Positions 41,094-50,823 of a stretch of 64,000 bases of DNA are shown here, in pieces (within the stretch, counting starts at the first letter, position 1; the number at the start of each line of letters is the position of its first letter). Below the pieces are notes generated by a model. It did no database searches. It was not told the DNA's origin and was given only the letters and a program-made list of their open reading frames with translations. Where the stretch lies: assembly GCA_034520565.1 (NCBI GenBank), contig JAXHNL010000002.1:480001-544000 (forward strand). Direction: 5' to 3'. Origin of the DNA: Halodesulfurarchaeum sp. (GTDB taxonomy: Archaea > Halobacteriota > Halobacteria > Halobacteriales > Halobacteriaceae). The translations under genes and the position numbers were made by a program.

Positions 41094-44023
41094 ATGTATT
41101 CCATGGCTTCACCCTCCCCCGAAGCACGTTTTCATTCCAAGTTATTTGATAAATTAGACGACTATATTTATGAAAATGATACACCGTTCCATAATGTAAG
41201 CATTGAAGACCGTATGGAAGACGGGGGGCGAGCAGACATATTTGTTGAATCGAATCTAACAGAAAGTTTTGTTATAGAGGTCAAAAGGGACGATAAAAAT
41301 CCATTAAAGAAGGAGTTCATTACTCAAGCTAGAGATTACGCTAAAAGTAAGCAAGTTAGGTTCTTTGCCATTTGCAATTCAAATGATTATTTTTTATTTG
41401 ATTATCGGGGCGAGGTTAATGTAACCGATATTGATTTCCACTACCTAGATCTTCGCCAAGGGAATATCCGAGATCAAACGTTTGGTGGCCTGATCCCGAA
41501 GATGCTTCAAGCGGTACAATACCTTTCGAAGCATGACCAGCTTCCCAAGCAAAAGACACGCAAACAAATTGTTGGCGTAATTCGGTCATTCCATACCTCA
41601 ATTTGGCCCACCTACAAAGAATTGGCTAGGGAAGCATTTGGAAGAAACGCAGAATTCACCGAATACTTTGAAAATTGGGTAGCGGAAAACAACTATAGTC
41701 AAAGAGACAAGGATGAACAATTCGAAATTGCGGCTAAACAACATGCCTACCTCTTAGGTAATAAAATTCTATTCTATGACCTTATAAGGGACCGTACTCC
41801 AAGTGATATTCAAACAAAAAGTGGCTATAAACTAAATTCGCTTTACCAAACATCTTCCGGCAAAAATATAGATATTGAAGGTATAAAACCCAGAATTGAA
41901 CAGCAATTCAATCGTATTATAGAGGAGATTGATTACGAACCTGTTTTTAACGATTCTGATACTATATTTAGTTCCTTCCCTGAAAACCGAAAGACTCAGA
42001 GAGCTATCCAGACTCTTTTATCGAACTTTGAATCGAAACGCCTAGAAGAAGTGAACGAAGATCTCCTGGGTGAACTTTACCAAGAATTGATTCCTAAAGA
42101 TGAACGCCGGAATTTGGGGCAATTTTATACTCCGCCGTCAATTGCAGAAGCCCTAGTGAGATGGGCTATTGATTCATCGGATCAAGATGAGTTGCCTCGC
42201 ATTTTAGATCCAGCATCTGGGAGCGGGACATTTCCGGTTGAGGTATATGAGTATTTGCATCAGATATTTCCAGAAGCAAATCACCAAGAATTGATAGACT
42301 CGATATTTGCAGTTGACATTAACAAATTCCCCATTCATCTTACTTCCTTTAATCTTGCAATCCGAAATATTACCTCTGAGACAGATCAGATCCATACTAA
42401 AAACGGTTCATTCTTTGATGTATCTCCCACAGCAGAGACTCTAAATGCATTCACTAACAGCGGGCAAGAATTCACTGAAAATTTTGATGCAGTGGTGGGA
42501 AATCCGCCTTACATCTTCCATCAAAATTTGTTCCCTGATAAAGAGCATTTCCGCCATCATCTGACAAATTACCAAGACGAAAATGGGGAATCGCCATATT
42601 ATGACGGTGAAAAGAAATTTGATACCTATACTGACGCATATATTTACTTTGTGACTCACGCATTTCAATTTCTCAAAGAGGGGGAAAACTAGCATTCATA
42701 ATCTCTGCGAAGTGGTTAGATGTTGAATATGGATTCCCATTTCAGCAATTTTTGTTCGATAACGCCAAAATACAGTCAATTATTACATTTAACTCCCGTT
42801 CGTTCGAAGATGCATTAGTAAATACATCACTACTTTTAATTGAGAAGTGTTCAGATGCATCAGAGAGAAGAGAGACAGTAACCGACTTTATTCGCATTAA
42901 GAAGCAAACCCCTCCAAAGGACCTAGTAAGTACAATTGAACATGAGCGTACAATTCCTGAAGGAAAACCATACAAATTTGAATCACGTAGCGGATATCGT
43001 GTTTTTTCGCGTTCTCAAAGTGAACTAGAAAAAGAGGGACCACGGAAATTGGGATATTATCATTCTGCGCCCCGTCCCATTATTGACTTAATTGACAGTG
43101 GTTTATTCAAACCAATGAGTGACCTGCCATTCTCCCGTGTTCGTCGGGGTTACATGACTGGTGCTAATTCCTTCTTTATTTTAGATGAGGACGATGTCGC
43201 ACAATGGGGAATTGATCATAGATTTTTGAAGCCAGCAATCAAGAGTGTGAAAAATCTCCATGAGCTTAGAACTCCAGAGGATGGAATTGGTCTATATATT
43301 CTTGATCTTCGTGAATTTATAGAAGATACTCGCCATATCTGGAAAAATAGTGACAAAGATGAGTCGTTTGAAAATGCTGTGAAAGAGCGATTAAAGGAAG
43401 AAGGATACGAGAATACATATCAGTATATCAGATACGGTGAATCAGATGGGATTGATGAGATGTACAATCCTAGTCGGCGAAAGGTATGGTTCCAGCTTCC
43501 TGATTTGGTTGCTCCAGACGTACTCCACCCAGTTTTCTATAATGAAGATCTTTATACAATTAAGAACGACGGCGGATTAGTCCCATCGAATGCGATATTA
43601 TGTGTATGGTTTGAGGAATATCAAGACGTGATGAGAGGGATAATGAATTCAACATTATACAAAGTCATTCTAGAGGTTTGGGGCCGAAAGGAGGGAGGTG
43701 GGGCTCTTCAATTTCTTCCTGATGAGATAAAGTCAATTCCTATCCCAGACCCACGGTCGCTTGATGAAACAGCAAAAGAAACCGTAATTAAAAACGCTGA
43801 AAAACTTGAGTTTGATAGCGATGTTGGCCAAGATGATCTGGACAAGGCCATTCTTGATGGATACGATATACCCATTTCAGTTGACGATCTTCAACAGATG
43901 CAATCGCTAATGACAAAACAGAGGGTCGAAGGAGCAGAGGATACAACAATTCTTGTTCAGGATTTGGAGGAATTCGATGAATATGATCTCGAAGGGTTCA
44001 TAAAAAAGCAAAATGGGGGCTGA
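41094..44023 (+). CDS. Type IIG restriction-modification enzyme (nuclease + N6-adenine MTase + TRD), frameshift in G5 run at 42680-42684
   Basis: RADIF..VIEVKR PD-(D/E)xK; LGQFYTP; LDPASGSGTF; GNPPY; adding one G restores KEGGKLAFIISAKWLDVEYG into ORF 42752..44023. Confidence 0.85.
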
Positions 44024-44109
44024 GGGAACATTGTCAGTATCGTATGACTGACTTGGACATAATGTTGGCCTCAATCAGATTCTGCAATCCATGACTTTAC
44101 ATTCATTTT

Positions 44110-44532
44110 TTATTCCCATTCCATTTTTTCAGCCTCGTCAGCACTCGGGACTTTGAATTGATACCAATTCTCGGAGCGATCTCGAATTGGGTTATCCGCT
44201 ATTTCATTGGAGACCTTCTCAATCATTCTTGCTTTTCCTTCATCTGTGAGTTGGTAATAGCCCCGTTCCACTTTTTTAACGATACCCCCGGCTTCGAGTG
44301 TGTTTAGTCTCCGAGAAACAGCTCCCCTCGACCGGTCTATGTTTTTTGCGATCACTGATGGGCCTAACATTAAATCAGGTGATGCGAGCAAATCGACGAT
44401 TTCATAATCTAATTCCGTGAGCCAATCCGGAGGGTGGAGATCTTCGTCATAAAACTTGTCATCATCTATGTCAGCCCGGTATTTGTCCGGAATGACGTTT
44501 TCTGGGGGTTCGTATTCATTGTCCTCGGCCAT
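44110..44532 (-). CDS. PhiH1-repressor-like wHTH protein
   Basis: DWLTELDYEIVDLL...PSVIAKNIDRSRGAVSRRLNTL..GIVKKVERGYYQLTDEG; divergent from integrase. Confidence 0.82.
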   Translation of the reverse strand: MAEDNEYEPPENVIPDKYRADIDDDKFYDEDLHPPDWLTELDYEIVDLLASPDLMLGPSVIAKNIDRSRGAVSRRLNTLEAGGIVKKVERGYYQLTDEGKARMIEKVSNEIADNPIRDRSENWYQFKVPSADEAEKMEWE

Positions 44533-44793
44533 GAGTCCAGAAAAACTACCCATTACAAAAAAGGTACCGCATATATTGCATTACAAATAGTACGGTTACA
44601 AATTCATGATAAAGAATAAGTGACCCCCTGTTTAACCATTATTCGTCACGGCCCACTCGGAGCGTGACCCCGTCCAAAGAGACACGCCCCGAATCTCGCC
44701 GTGGCATCCAAGGTGGATGCATGCCCAAATACACACTTCAACACTGTAAGACTGCTGAAGGCGCGTACAGAATCAGAGCAGGTGCTATCCTCG

Positions 44794-45843
44794 ATGGGTG
44801 ACTTAGAACCCATCCCGCCTGCTGAGGCGGTCCAAATGTTTCACGAGGCTATGATCGACGAGCACGCGGAGTCCACTCGTCGAAGCGAAAAACATCGACT
44901 CAAAGCCTTCGTACAATTCTGCGATGAACACGGCATCGAGGACCTGACCGAATTAACGGGACGAGACCTCTATCTCTACCGGAGCTGGCGGAGAGAGGGC
45001 CAGGGCGATGACCGGGAACCGATAAAAACAGTCACGCTGAAAAGTCAGTTAGCGTCACTCCGTCGGTTCCTCCGCTTTGCTGCTGATATTGATGCTGTTC
45101 AAGCAACGCTCTATGAACAGGTTTCGCTGCCAGTCATGCGAAACGGTGAGGACGTCTCGGAATCAACTTTAGAGGCAGATCGGGCTCTCGAAATCCTGGA
45201 CTATCTCGAGCACGCACAACCCGCTTCGCGTGACCACATTATCGTTTTGCTCCTCTGGAAAACCGGGGCCAGAACCGGCGCAATTCGTGGGCTCGATCTC
45301 CGGGACTTGGATCTCGAAGGAACTCACCCACGCGTGTCCGGGCCGGCAATTCACTTCGTCCACAGACCCGATACGGGAACCCCGCTTAAGAACCAAGACA
45401 AGGGTACGCGGTGGAATCGAATCAGCGGGGTGACGGCCCGGTACATCTCTGATTACATCGAATACAACCGGCCCAACGTCACCGACGAACACGGGCGAGA
45501 ACCCCTCATAGCCACTCAGTACGGACGGCCGGCCGGGAATACACTCCGCACCACCCTGTATCGAGTGACCCGGCCCTGCTGGCGAAACGAACCGTGCCCC
45601 CACGATCGGGATACTGAGACTTGTGAGGCCACCCATTTGGATCACGCCAGCAAGTGCCCCTCCGCTCGATCACCCCACGATCTCCGAAGTGGGAGAGTGA
45701 CCTACTATCGTCGAGAAGACGTCCCCCGCCGAGTCGTCAAAGATCGGCTCAATGCCAGCGAAGACATTCTAGATCGGCATTATGACCGGCGTTCGGACCG
45801 AGAACAGGCAGATCAGCGAAGCGACTACCTCCCAGACCTATAA
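44794..45843 (+). CDS. int: Tyrosine integrase, SNJ2-like family
   Basis: TGARTG, PLKN, CPHDRD..C..CPSARSPHDLRSG, DRHYDRR; adjacent to tRNA-derived att. Confidence 0.92.
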   Translation: MGDLEPIPPAEAVQMFHEAMIDEHAESTRRSEKHRLKAFVQFCDEHGIEDLTELTGRDLYLYRSWRREGQGDDREPIKTVTLKSQLASLRRFLRFAADIDAVQATLYEQVSLPVMRNGEDVSESTLEADRALEILDYLEHAQPASRDHIIVLLLWKTGARTGAIRGLDLRDLDLEGTHPRVSGPAIHFVHRPDTGTPLKNQDKGTRWNRISGVTARYISDYIEYNRPNVTDEHGREPLIATQYGRPAGNTLRTTLYRVTRPCWRNEPCPHDRDTETCEATHLDHASKCPSARSPHDLRSGRVTYYRREDVPRRVVKDRLNASEDILDRHYDRRSDREQADQRSDYLPDL

Positions 45844-45943
45844 TAATGCCATGTGCCAACACTTGCAGGCCTAATTCCGAGATAGCGGGACCCCGTCGTG
45901 CCCGTACAGCGAGGAGCGGAGCGACGAGCGAACCGGCGCGCAT

Positions 45944-46025
45944 GGGATTTGAGCCCTGGAAGGCGCGCGCAACGAACGGAGTGAGTGAGCACGGCTTCCT
46001 CTGGTTCGAATCCCGTCGTGCCCGT
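45944..46025. repeat. T-arm-mimic inverted repeat ending in a 23-bp copy of the tRNA-Arg 3' end
   Basis: GGGATTTGAGCC..GGAAG / CTTCC..GGTTCGAATCCC; 46003-46025 identical to 36955-36977. Confidence 0.85.
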
Positions 46026-46267
46026 TCGGAGACAATCGTTTTCGACCATTCACAGAAAACCGTGAGAGCCAAGAAGACGGGTATTCTGGCCGTTCTCAAA
46101 GAACGTTTAGCCAACGGAATTTGGTGTCCATTCAGCATCTGAACGTCCCCTCATAAACAAATGGCCCATCATGCAGGGAGAACGAATCTGTTATTATAAC
46201 TAGGTTATACTCTATCCATAAAATTAGAAAAAGTGTTATCGGCAATACCTCTGAGAATATTTATAGT

Positions 46268-47632
46268 ATGGACAAATCGTTGCTCGCCACCTCATCAAAA
46301 ACTGTTCGAGAATCCGCTAAAGAGCTTGGTAAAATAGTAGAAACTGAGGAGTTGTATCTGCCACAAAATTCGCCAGTTTTCTATTTTTTGGATAGGTTTG
46401 GGTCGGGCTCTGTTAATGAATTTATTGAGAAATGGCCAAATTCGGAGTTTGAACCTATGGGGATGGCAATTGAAACTCCCGAAATCATTACATATTTGAT
46501 TAAAATTCATAGAAATCATGGAGCTTTCAATGGGAAACAGAAGAGGATAATTCAAGATATGATTGACAAAGTAATCCAAAATCAAAACGTCCACGGGCAG
46601 ATGTCAAATTACCATTCTAAACAGCTTAGAGCACTAATTTTATTCGATCCAAAATCTGAACCAGCAATAAATGGAGTGAGTCATTTGACATCAGAGGTTA
46701 TTCCCAATACAGCCTATACAAACAGATCACGTAGAATCCAAGAGTTAGCAAACGGAATTATTTCTCTTTGCGAATTAGATTATTACACATATGAGAATGA
46801 GATTGAGGAGGCAGCGTCACAAATTCGAGATTTAATTGATGACGGGCCTAAAAATGATGATCTTGAGAATATATATGACCCAAGCAATCTTGCAATAGCC
46901 CTTTCCAAACTCCAAAATTATAGGTTCGAATTTGAACAAAAATTGTCGGAAGTACTTATGAGAGAATTATCAAATAGAGATGACTTAAAAATTGGTTTGG
47001 ATGATATTGATGGACTATTTAGTCCCTACATAATCATTGGGAAGTCTTTAGTTGGCCTCTTGGCCCTTGGAAAAGGACCCAAAGCCCCGATTTATCAAAA
47101 TGATTGGGAAAAAGAACTCGAAAGGCAACGATTGGCCCGTTCTAAGGCCTCATTTGTTTCCACTCTCCCCGCGAGCGAGTTACAGTCACGTCGAATAGAG
47201 ATATATGAGAAGGCCTATTCTATCATTAATTCAGTTCAAAGCGAGTTGCGAATTTCCACACTAATGATGGATATGTTTTACAATGAAATTCTCGACCTTA
47301 TTGAGCAAGATTCTGATGTTCAAGTTCGCATACTTGCCAGACGAGAAGGACCAAAAGGGGAACGAAGGAGGATGAAAGAAGCCGTGATGAAGGAACTAGT
47401 TAAAGCAGGTGAATCGGAAATCGTTCGAGGAGACCATTTACTCCATAGTCGGATGATTATTGGTGATGACTCTGAACTGCTCGTTTCATCTGCAGATTTG
47501 ACACGAGATCGGCTATACGATGAATTTAATGCAGGGATCTATACTCGTGACCCAGACGCGGTAAATGAAGCTATTGAGTATTTTGACAATATTTGGAATC
47601 AAGGCAAATCGCTCGATGTGGAAAAGTATTAG
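46268..47632 (+). CDS. Protein with helical N-terminal region and C-terminal PLD-like domain
   Basis: HSRMIIGD..LLVSSADLT...FNAGI...YFDNIW (HxR variant of the HKD motif). Confidence 0.75.
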   Translation: MDKSLLATSSKTVRESAKELGKIVETEELYLPQNSPVFYFLDRFGSGSVNEFIEKWPNSEFEPMGMAIETPEIITYLIKIHRNHGAFNGKQKRIIQDMIDKVIQNQNVHGQMSNYHSKQLRALILFDPKSEPAINGVSHLTSEVIPNTAYTNRSRRIQELANGIISLCELDYYTYENEIEEAASQIRDLIDDGPKNDDLENIYDPSNLAIALSKLQNYRFEFEQKLSEVLMRELSNRDDLKIGLDDIDGLFSPYIIIGKSLVGLLALGKGPKAPIYQNDWEKELERQRLARSKASFVSTLPASELQSRRIEIYEKAYSIINSVQSELRISTLMMDMFYNEILDLIEQDSDVQVRILARREGPKGERRRMKEAVMKELVKAGESEIVRGDHLLHSRMIIGDDSELLVSSADLTRDRLYDEFNAGIYTRDPDAVNEAIEYFDNIWNQGKSLDVEKY

Positions 47633-48018
47633 ACTCTGTTGAAAATTTTTTTGATCAGTGGTATTTTGAGAACGGTCTCCTGAATACACCGCTCGTATTC
47701 ACCAATCGCATTCTCGGGAATCCCCCGGCACATCTTAATTTTTGTAGCATGGTCTTGTTGGCCAGGAAGCGGTCCAGAAAGTCTTGGGAAGGGAGTATTA
47801 GTTGATTCGGACTGAGCCCCCGCACTTTTGCTGTGCTATTTGAGAAGGTGAGGACGATACTAGTAGACAAGTGTTGCTCTCTTCGTGAAGTTTCTTACAG
47901 TGAAATGTGTCATGTCCGCCTGAGGGAGGTCAGTTAAATCATGGTAATGGGGCACATACCATTATGTCGAAAAGACATCCCTAAAGATGTCATCAACATT
48001 TAACATACGTTTGATAAT

Positions 48019-49578
48019 TTATTGTCGAATTATCTCATTCTGTAATGACCCGGGACTATTTCCAGTAATTCTATTTCTCATCTCAACTGCCTGGGACTCA
48101 GTCATATTAGATATCAAATCGGCTACAATCCTTGCCCGTAAGGTACAATCTTCGCTATCTATATTCTTAATTCGCTCCCGGTACGGTTCCATAATTAATG
48201 AGGTGTCTACAGATTCTGGGTCCGCTTCGTTGTACAATTCTTCGAATAGCACGTTAATAATTTCCTTTTGACCGGCTTGCTGAGCCGAAAGGGTAGGATT
48301 GCTTATCACGTAATAGAAGGTCAATTCCTTCAAAATTTCAATCTCTTTCATTAATTCTTCATCAACGTCCAACGTGGGCAACCCATCAACTGAATGGCCA
48401 ATTACACCAACATTACGTTCCGAAGGTTCCCGCTCCGTTGCTTCAATGTACCATCCTATTAAGGAGGATATTAACTTATTGAGCTGATTCCTTTCCCTTT
48501 GAGTACCCTCATATGGAGTAAATAGCGAGTCCCCAATAAATGCGAAATCTGTTAGCTTTATTAGAAAATCCAATACTTCAGGAAGAGTTGCTTCAACACC
48601 TGATTTATCAGAAACATATTCTGCAAAATCAAATACTTCCATATTATGTGATTTAGAGTGCTCCACAATTAGTCGATCATAATCCGGTAATTCATCAATT
48701 CCAGCCTCATCTGGTAGTTGTTTGAATAGCTCTTTTGCTTCCCGAAGCAGTTGATCAAGCGGAAGAAGACCACTTCTATAGAAATCCTCCACGTCGTGTA
48801 TCGCATAGGTCAAATCATCCGCAAAGTCCATGACTTCTGCTTCAATAACTTTATTGCGTCCACCGTCTGTCCCTGCCCTTGCAAAGTTAAAGTGGCTATT
48901 TTCGGAAGGGTAGTACCCCCATTTGTCATCAGTATCTTTGTCAGAAGCGATGTCTTCAGCATCTCGCTTCCACGGGTATTTTAGCATAGCATTTAAAGTA
49001 GCCCTAGTCAAATCCATCCCACATATACCGGGGCGATGCGTTCCCAGTTTAGTCACGGCCCGGAATGATTGGGCATTACCCTCAAATCCCTGGATGTTAT
49101 TATTCTCAATATCATCTGAATCTTCCTGGCCAGCTTGTTCTTTTGATTTTTGTCGGATTTTCAAATCTAGTAAGTTCTCAGTCTCGTGGCCAAACGGGGG
49201 ATGGCCAATATCATGGGCCAAGCAAGCAGCTTCCACTACATCTTCATTCAGATATTGCCCAAGGTTCTCAAATTCGCCACCATAATAATCTATTAATAAC
49301 TCAGCCAATCTACGGCCAACTTGGGCGACTTTCAAGGAGTGTGTGAGTCGGTCATGGTAAAGGTAGGATTCTCCAGTCCTAGCAACTTGTGTGACGTCTT
49401 TCAACCGCCTGAACTCACGGCTGTAGAGGATTCGGTCGCGATCTCGTTCAAAGGGAGTTCGCTGGTCACTAGGGTCAATGTTAATTGCTGCATCAGCTTC
49501 TAATTGTGAATCGTACTCTTCCTCCAAATTTTGGTCTAGTGCTGAAGGACGGCGCTCTCGAGGAAAATTTGAAGGCAT
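48019..49578 (-). CDS. dgt: dGTP triphosphohydrolase (HD family)
   Basis: FERDRDRILYS..FRRLKDVTQV, RLTHSLKVAQVGR, AHDIGHPPFGH, FEGNAQ, KYPW, ADDLTYAIHDVED. Confidence 0.92.
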   Translation of the reverse strand: MPSNFPRERRPSALDQNLEEEYDSQLEADAAINIDPSDQRTPFERDRDRILYSREFRRLKDVTQVARTGESYLYHDRLTHSLKVAQVGRRLAELLIDYYGGEFENLGQYLNEDVVEAACLAHDIGHPPFGHETENLLDLKIRQKSKEQAGQEDSDDIENNNIQGFEGNAQSFRAVTKLGTHRPGICGMDLTRATLNAMLKYPWKRDAEDIASDKDTDDKWGYYPSENSHFNFARAGTDGGRNKVIEAEVMDFADDLTYAIHDVEDFYRSGLLPLDQLLREAKELFKQLPDEAGIDELPDYDRLIVEHSKSHNMEVFDFAEYVSDKSGVEATLPEVLDFLIKLTDFAFIGDSLFTPYEGTQRERNQLNKLISSLIGWYIEATEREPSERNVGVIGHSVDGLPTLDVDEELMKEIEILKELTFYYVISNPTLSAQQAGQKEIINVLFEELYNEADPESVDTSLIMEPYRERIKNIDSEDCTLRARIVADLISNMTESQAVEMRNRITGNSPGSLQNEIIRQ

Positions 49579-49589
49579 TCCGAAAATGC

Positions 49590-49817
49590 CTAAGCTGAGA
49601 CCGATGCGTGGCTTGCCAATTTATACTCAAAGCCAGGGCTGGTTCCAATTTGGCCTTCATCAATCAGTTCTTGCAGAATATCTTTTACATCTTCCCTTCC
49701 TTCAGCGGATGTATTTTTCATCAAATGGTCTAGGGTCACTGGGCCATCACTTTCTATCAAGGCTTCAAATATTTCCGTCCGGAGAGAGTCTTCGCTTCCG
49801 CCACTATTTCGAATCAT
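49590..49817 (-). CDS. Small winged-helix protein upstream of dGTPase
   Basis: LRTEIFEALIESDGPVTLDHL...VKDILQELIDEGQI...YKL; 11-nt gap to the dGTPase ATG. Confidence 0.65.
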   Translation of the reverse strand: MIRNSGGSEDSLRTEIFEALIESDGPVTLDHLMKNTSAEGREDVKDILQELIDEGQIGTSPGFEYKLASHASVSA

Positions 49818-50333
49818 ACCTTGAGGATAGATTGGGTTCTACTTAGTTCTGATGTCAAATGGGGTACTTTGAATGCCAAATAATGGTACTAATCTAGACC
49901 GGATTATAGCCACGATTGCACCCAATTAACGAGACGTAATCATGAGGTTTTAAGTCGGTATATATGGTCTCCAAAATACATCACAAAGGAACCCCCCCCC
50001 AAGAGATTCAAAATCGGGAGATGTATGAAAATATCACCAAGCCACCTTACAAAATTGTAGGGTTGTGTCTATCTGGGCGAAATTATAGCCAGAGGATCTT
50101 CTCAGCTTCGCGACTTTCCACCCCTTCCCCGTGTTTCCCAAAGTAGAGCCGGTGAAGAGTCGGGTAACCCTCTCACCCGCTCCATTGCATCACTACGCTC
50201 GGTAGAACGCCGGCCTCAAGAGTGAGGTTTCCCTAGGTCCGGTGGGGATCGTGCGGCCCGAGGTACCGCCAGCCTCGATAGGGTCCTGCTTCTCAAGTTC
50301 CTCCGCAACGGTGGCAACCCATCGGCGAATCGT

Positions 50334-50459
50334 CCTCGTCGTGTCGTCAAAGACCGGCACAATGCCAGCGAAAACATTCTTGACCGGCATTATGAACGGC
50401 GTTCGGACCGCGAACAGGCTGATCAGCGGAGCGACTACCTCCCAGACCTACAACAATGA
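50334..50459 (+). pseudogene. 3' remnant of an SNJ2-like integrase
   Basis: PRRVVKDRHNASENILDRHYERRSDREQADQRSDYLPDL aligns to 45724-45843, with mostly third-position differences. Confidence 0.88.
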
Positions 50460-50555
50460 CATGTGCCAACACTTGCAGCGCAAATTCCGAGATAGCTGAA
50501 CCCCCCATCGTGCCCGCTTCTGCGACGAACGGAGGTGAGGAGCGAAGCGGCGCAT

Positions 50556-50617
50556 GGGATTTGAGCCCTGGAAGAGGAGCGAGCGCAGCGAGCGAGTCTT
50601 CCTTCGGTTCGAATCCC
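50556..50617. repeat. Second T-arm-mimic inverted repeat
   Basis: GGGATTTGAGCCCTGGAAG ... CTTCC..GGTTCGAATCCC, same architecture as 45944-46014. Confidence 0.8.
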
Positions 50618-50823
50618 TTCGTAGGCGATTTTAGGTGGCAATATTACTTTTAAAGGCCATACAATAGAGATGGGATGATTATATAGGGCAAGTTTTGGGC
50701 AGCTTGATATCAATCATACTCCGGTATTTCCAAAATATTGGGTTGGCGATTTTTTAATAATCTAATCTAAAAATATAAATTTTGCAAAAGAAACATTATG
50801 GCGGAGAAAGATAGGCCAGATAA

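Larger units (their letters stand above)
36964..45905. mobile_element. Integrated element 1 (RCR Rep + SNJ2-like integrase), bounded by 14-bp att repeats CCCGTCGTGCCCGT
   Basis: Direct repeats at 36964-36977 (tRNA 3' end) and 45892-45905 (just after integrase); AT-rich cargo. Confidence 0.88.
45906..50516. mobile_element. Decayed tandem element 2 (PLD protein, dGTPase, wHTH, integrase remnant)
   Basis: Ends in a diverged integrase 3' remnant followed by att-like CCCATCGTGCCCG (50504-50516); AT-rich cargo. Confidence 0.72.

Noticed and set aside
43319-43334. 15/16-nt match between spacer 3 (ATAGAAGATAATCGCC) and the R-M gene
   Set aside because: The rest of the 35-nt spacer does not match; a hit this short is plausible by chance.
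46003-46025. Possible second tRNA gene
   Set aside because: Only the T-arm and 3' acceptor strand are present; no D-arm or anticodon arm.
47630-47870. Possible degraded gene between PLD and dGTPase (FLDRFLANKTMLQKLR.../GIPENAIGEYERC)
   Set aside because: Fragments in different frames with no recognisable family; too weak to call.
49590-49817. Z-alpha (Z-DNA-binding) identity for the small wHTH protein
   Set aside because: Similar size and topology, but lacks the diagnostic N..LY and P.W residues; kept as generic wHTH.
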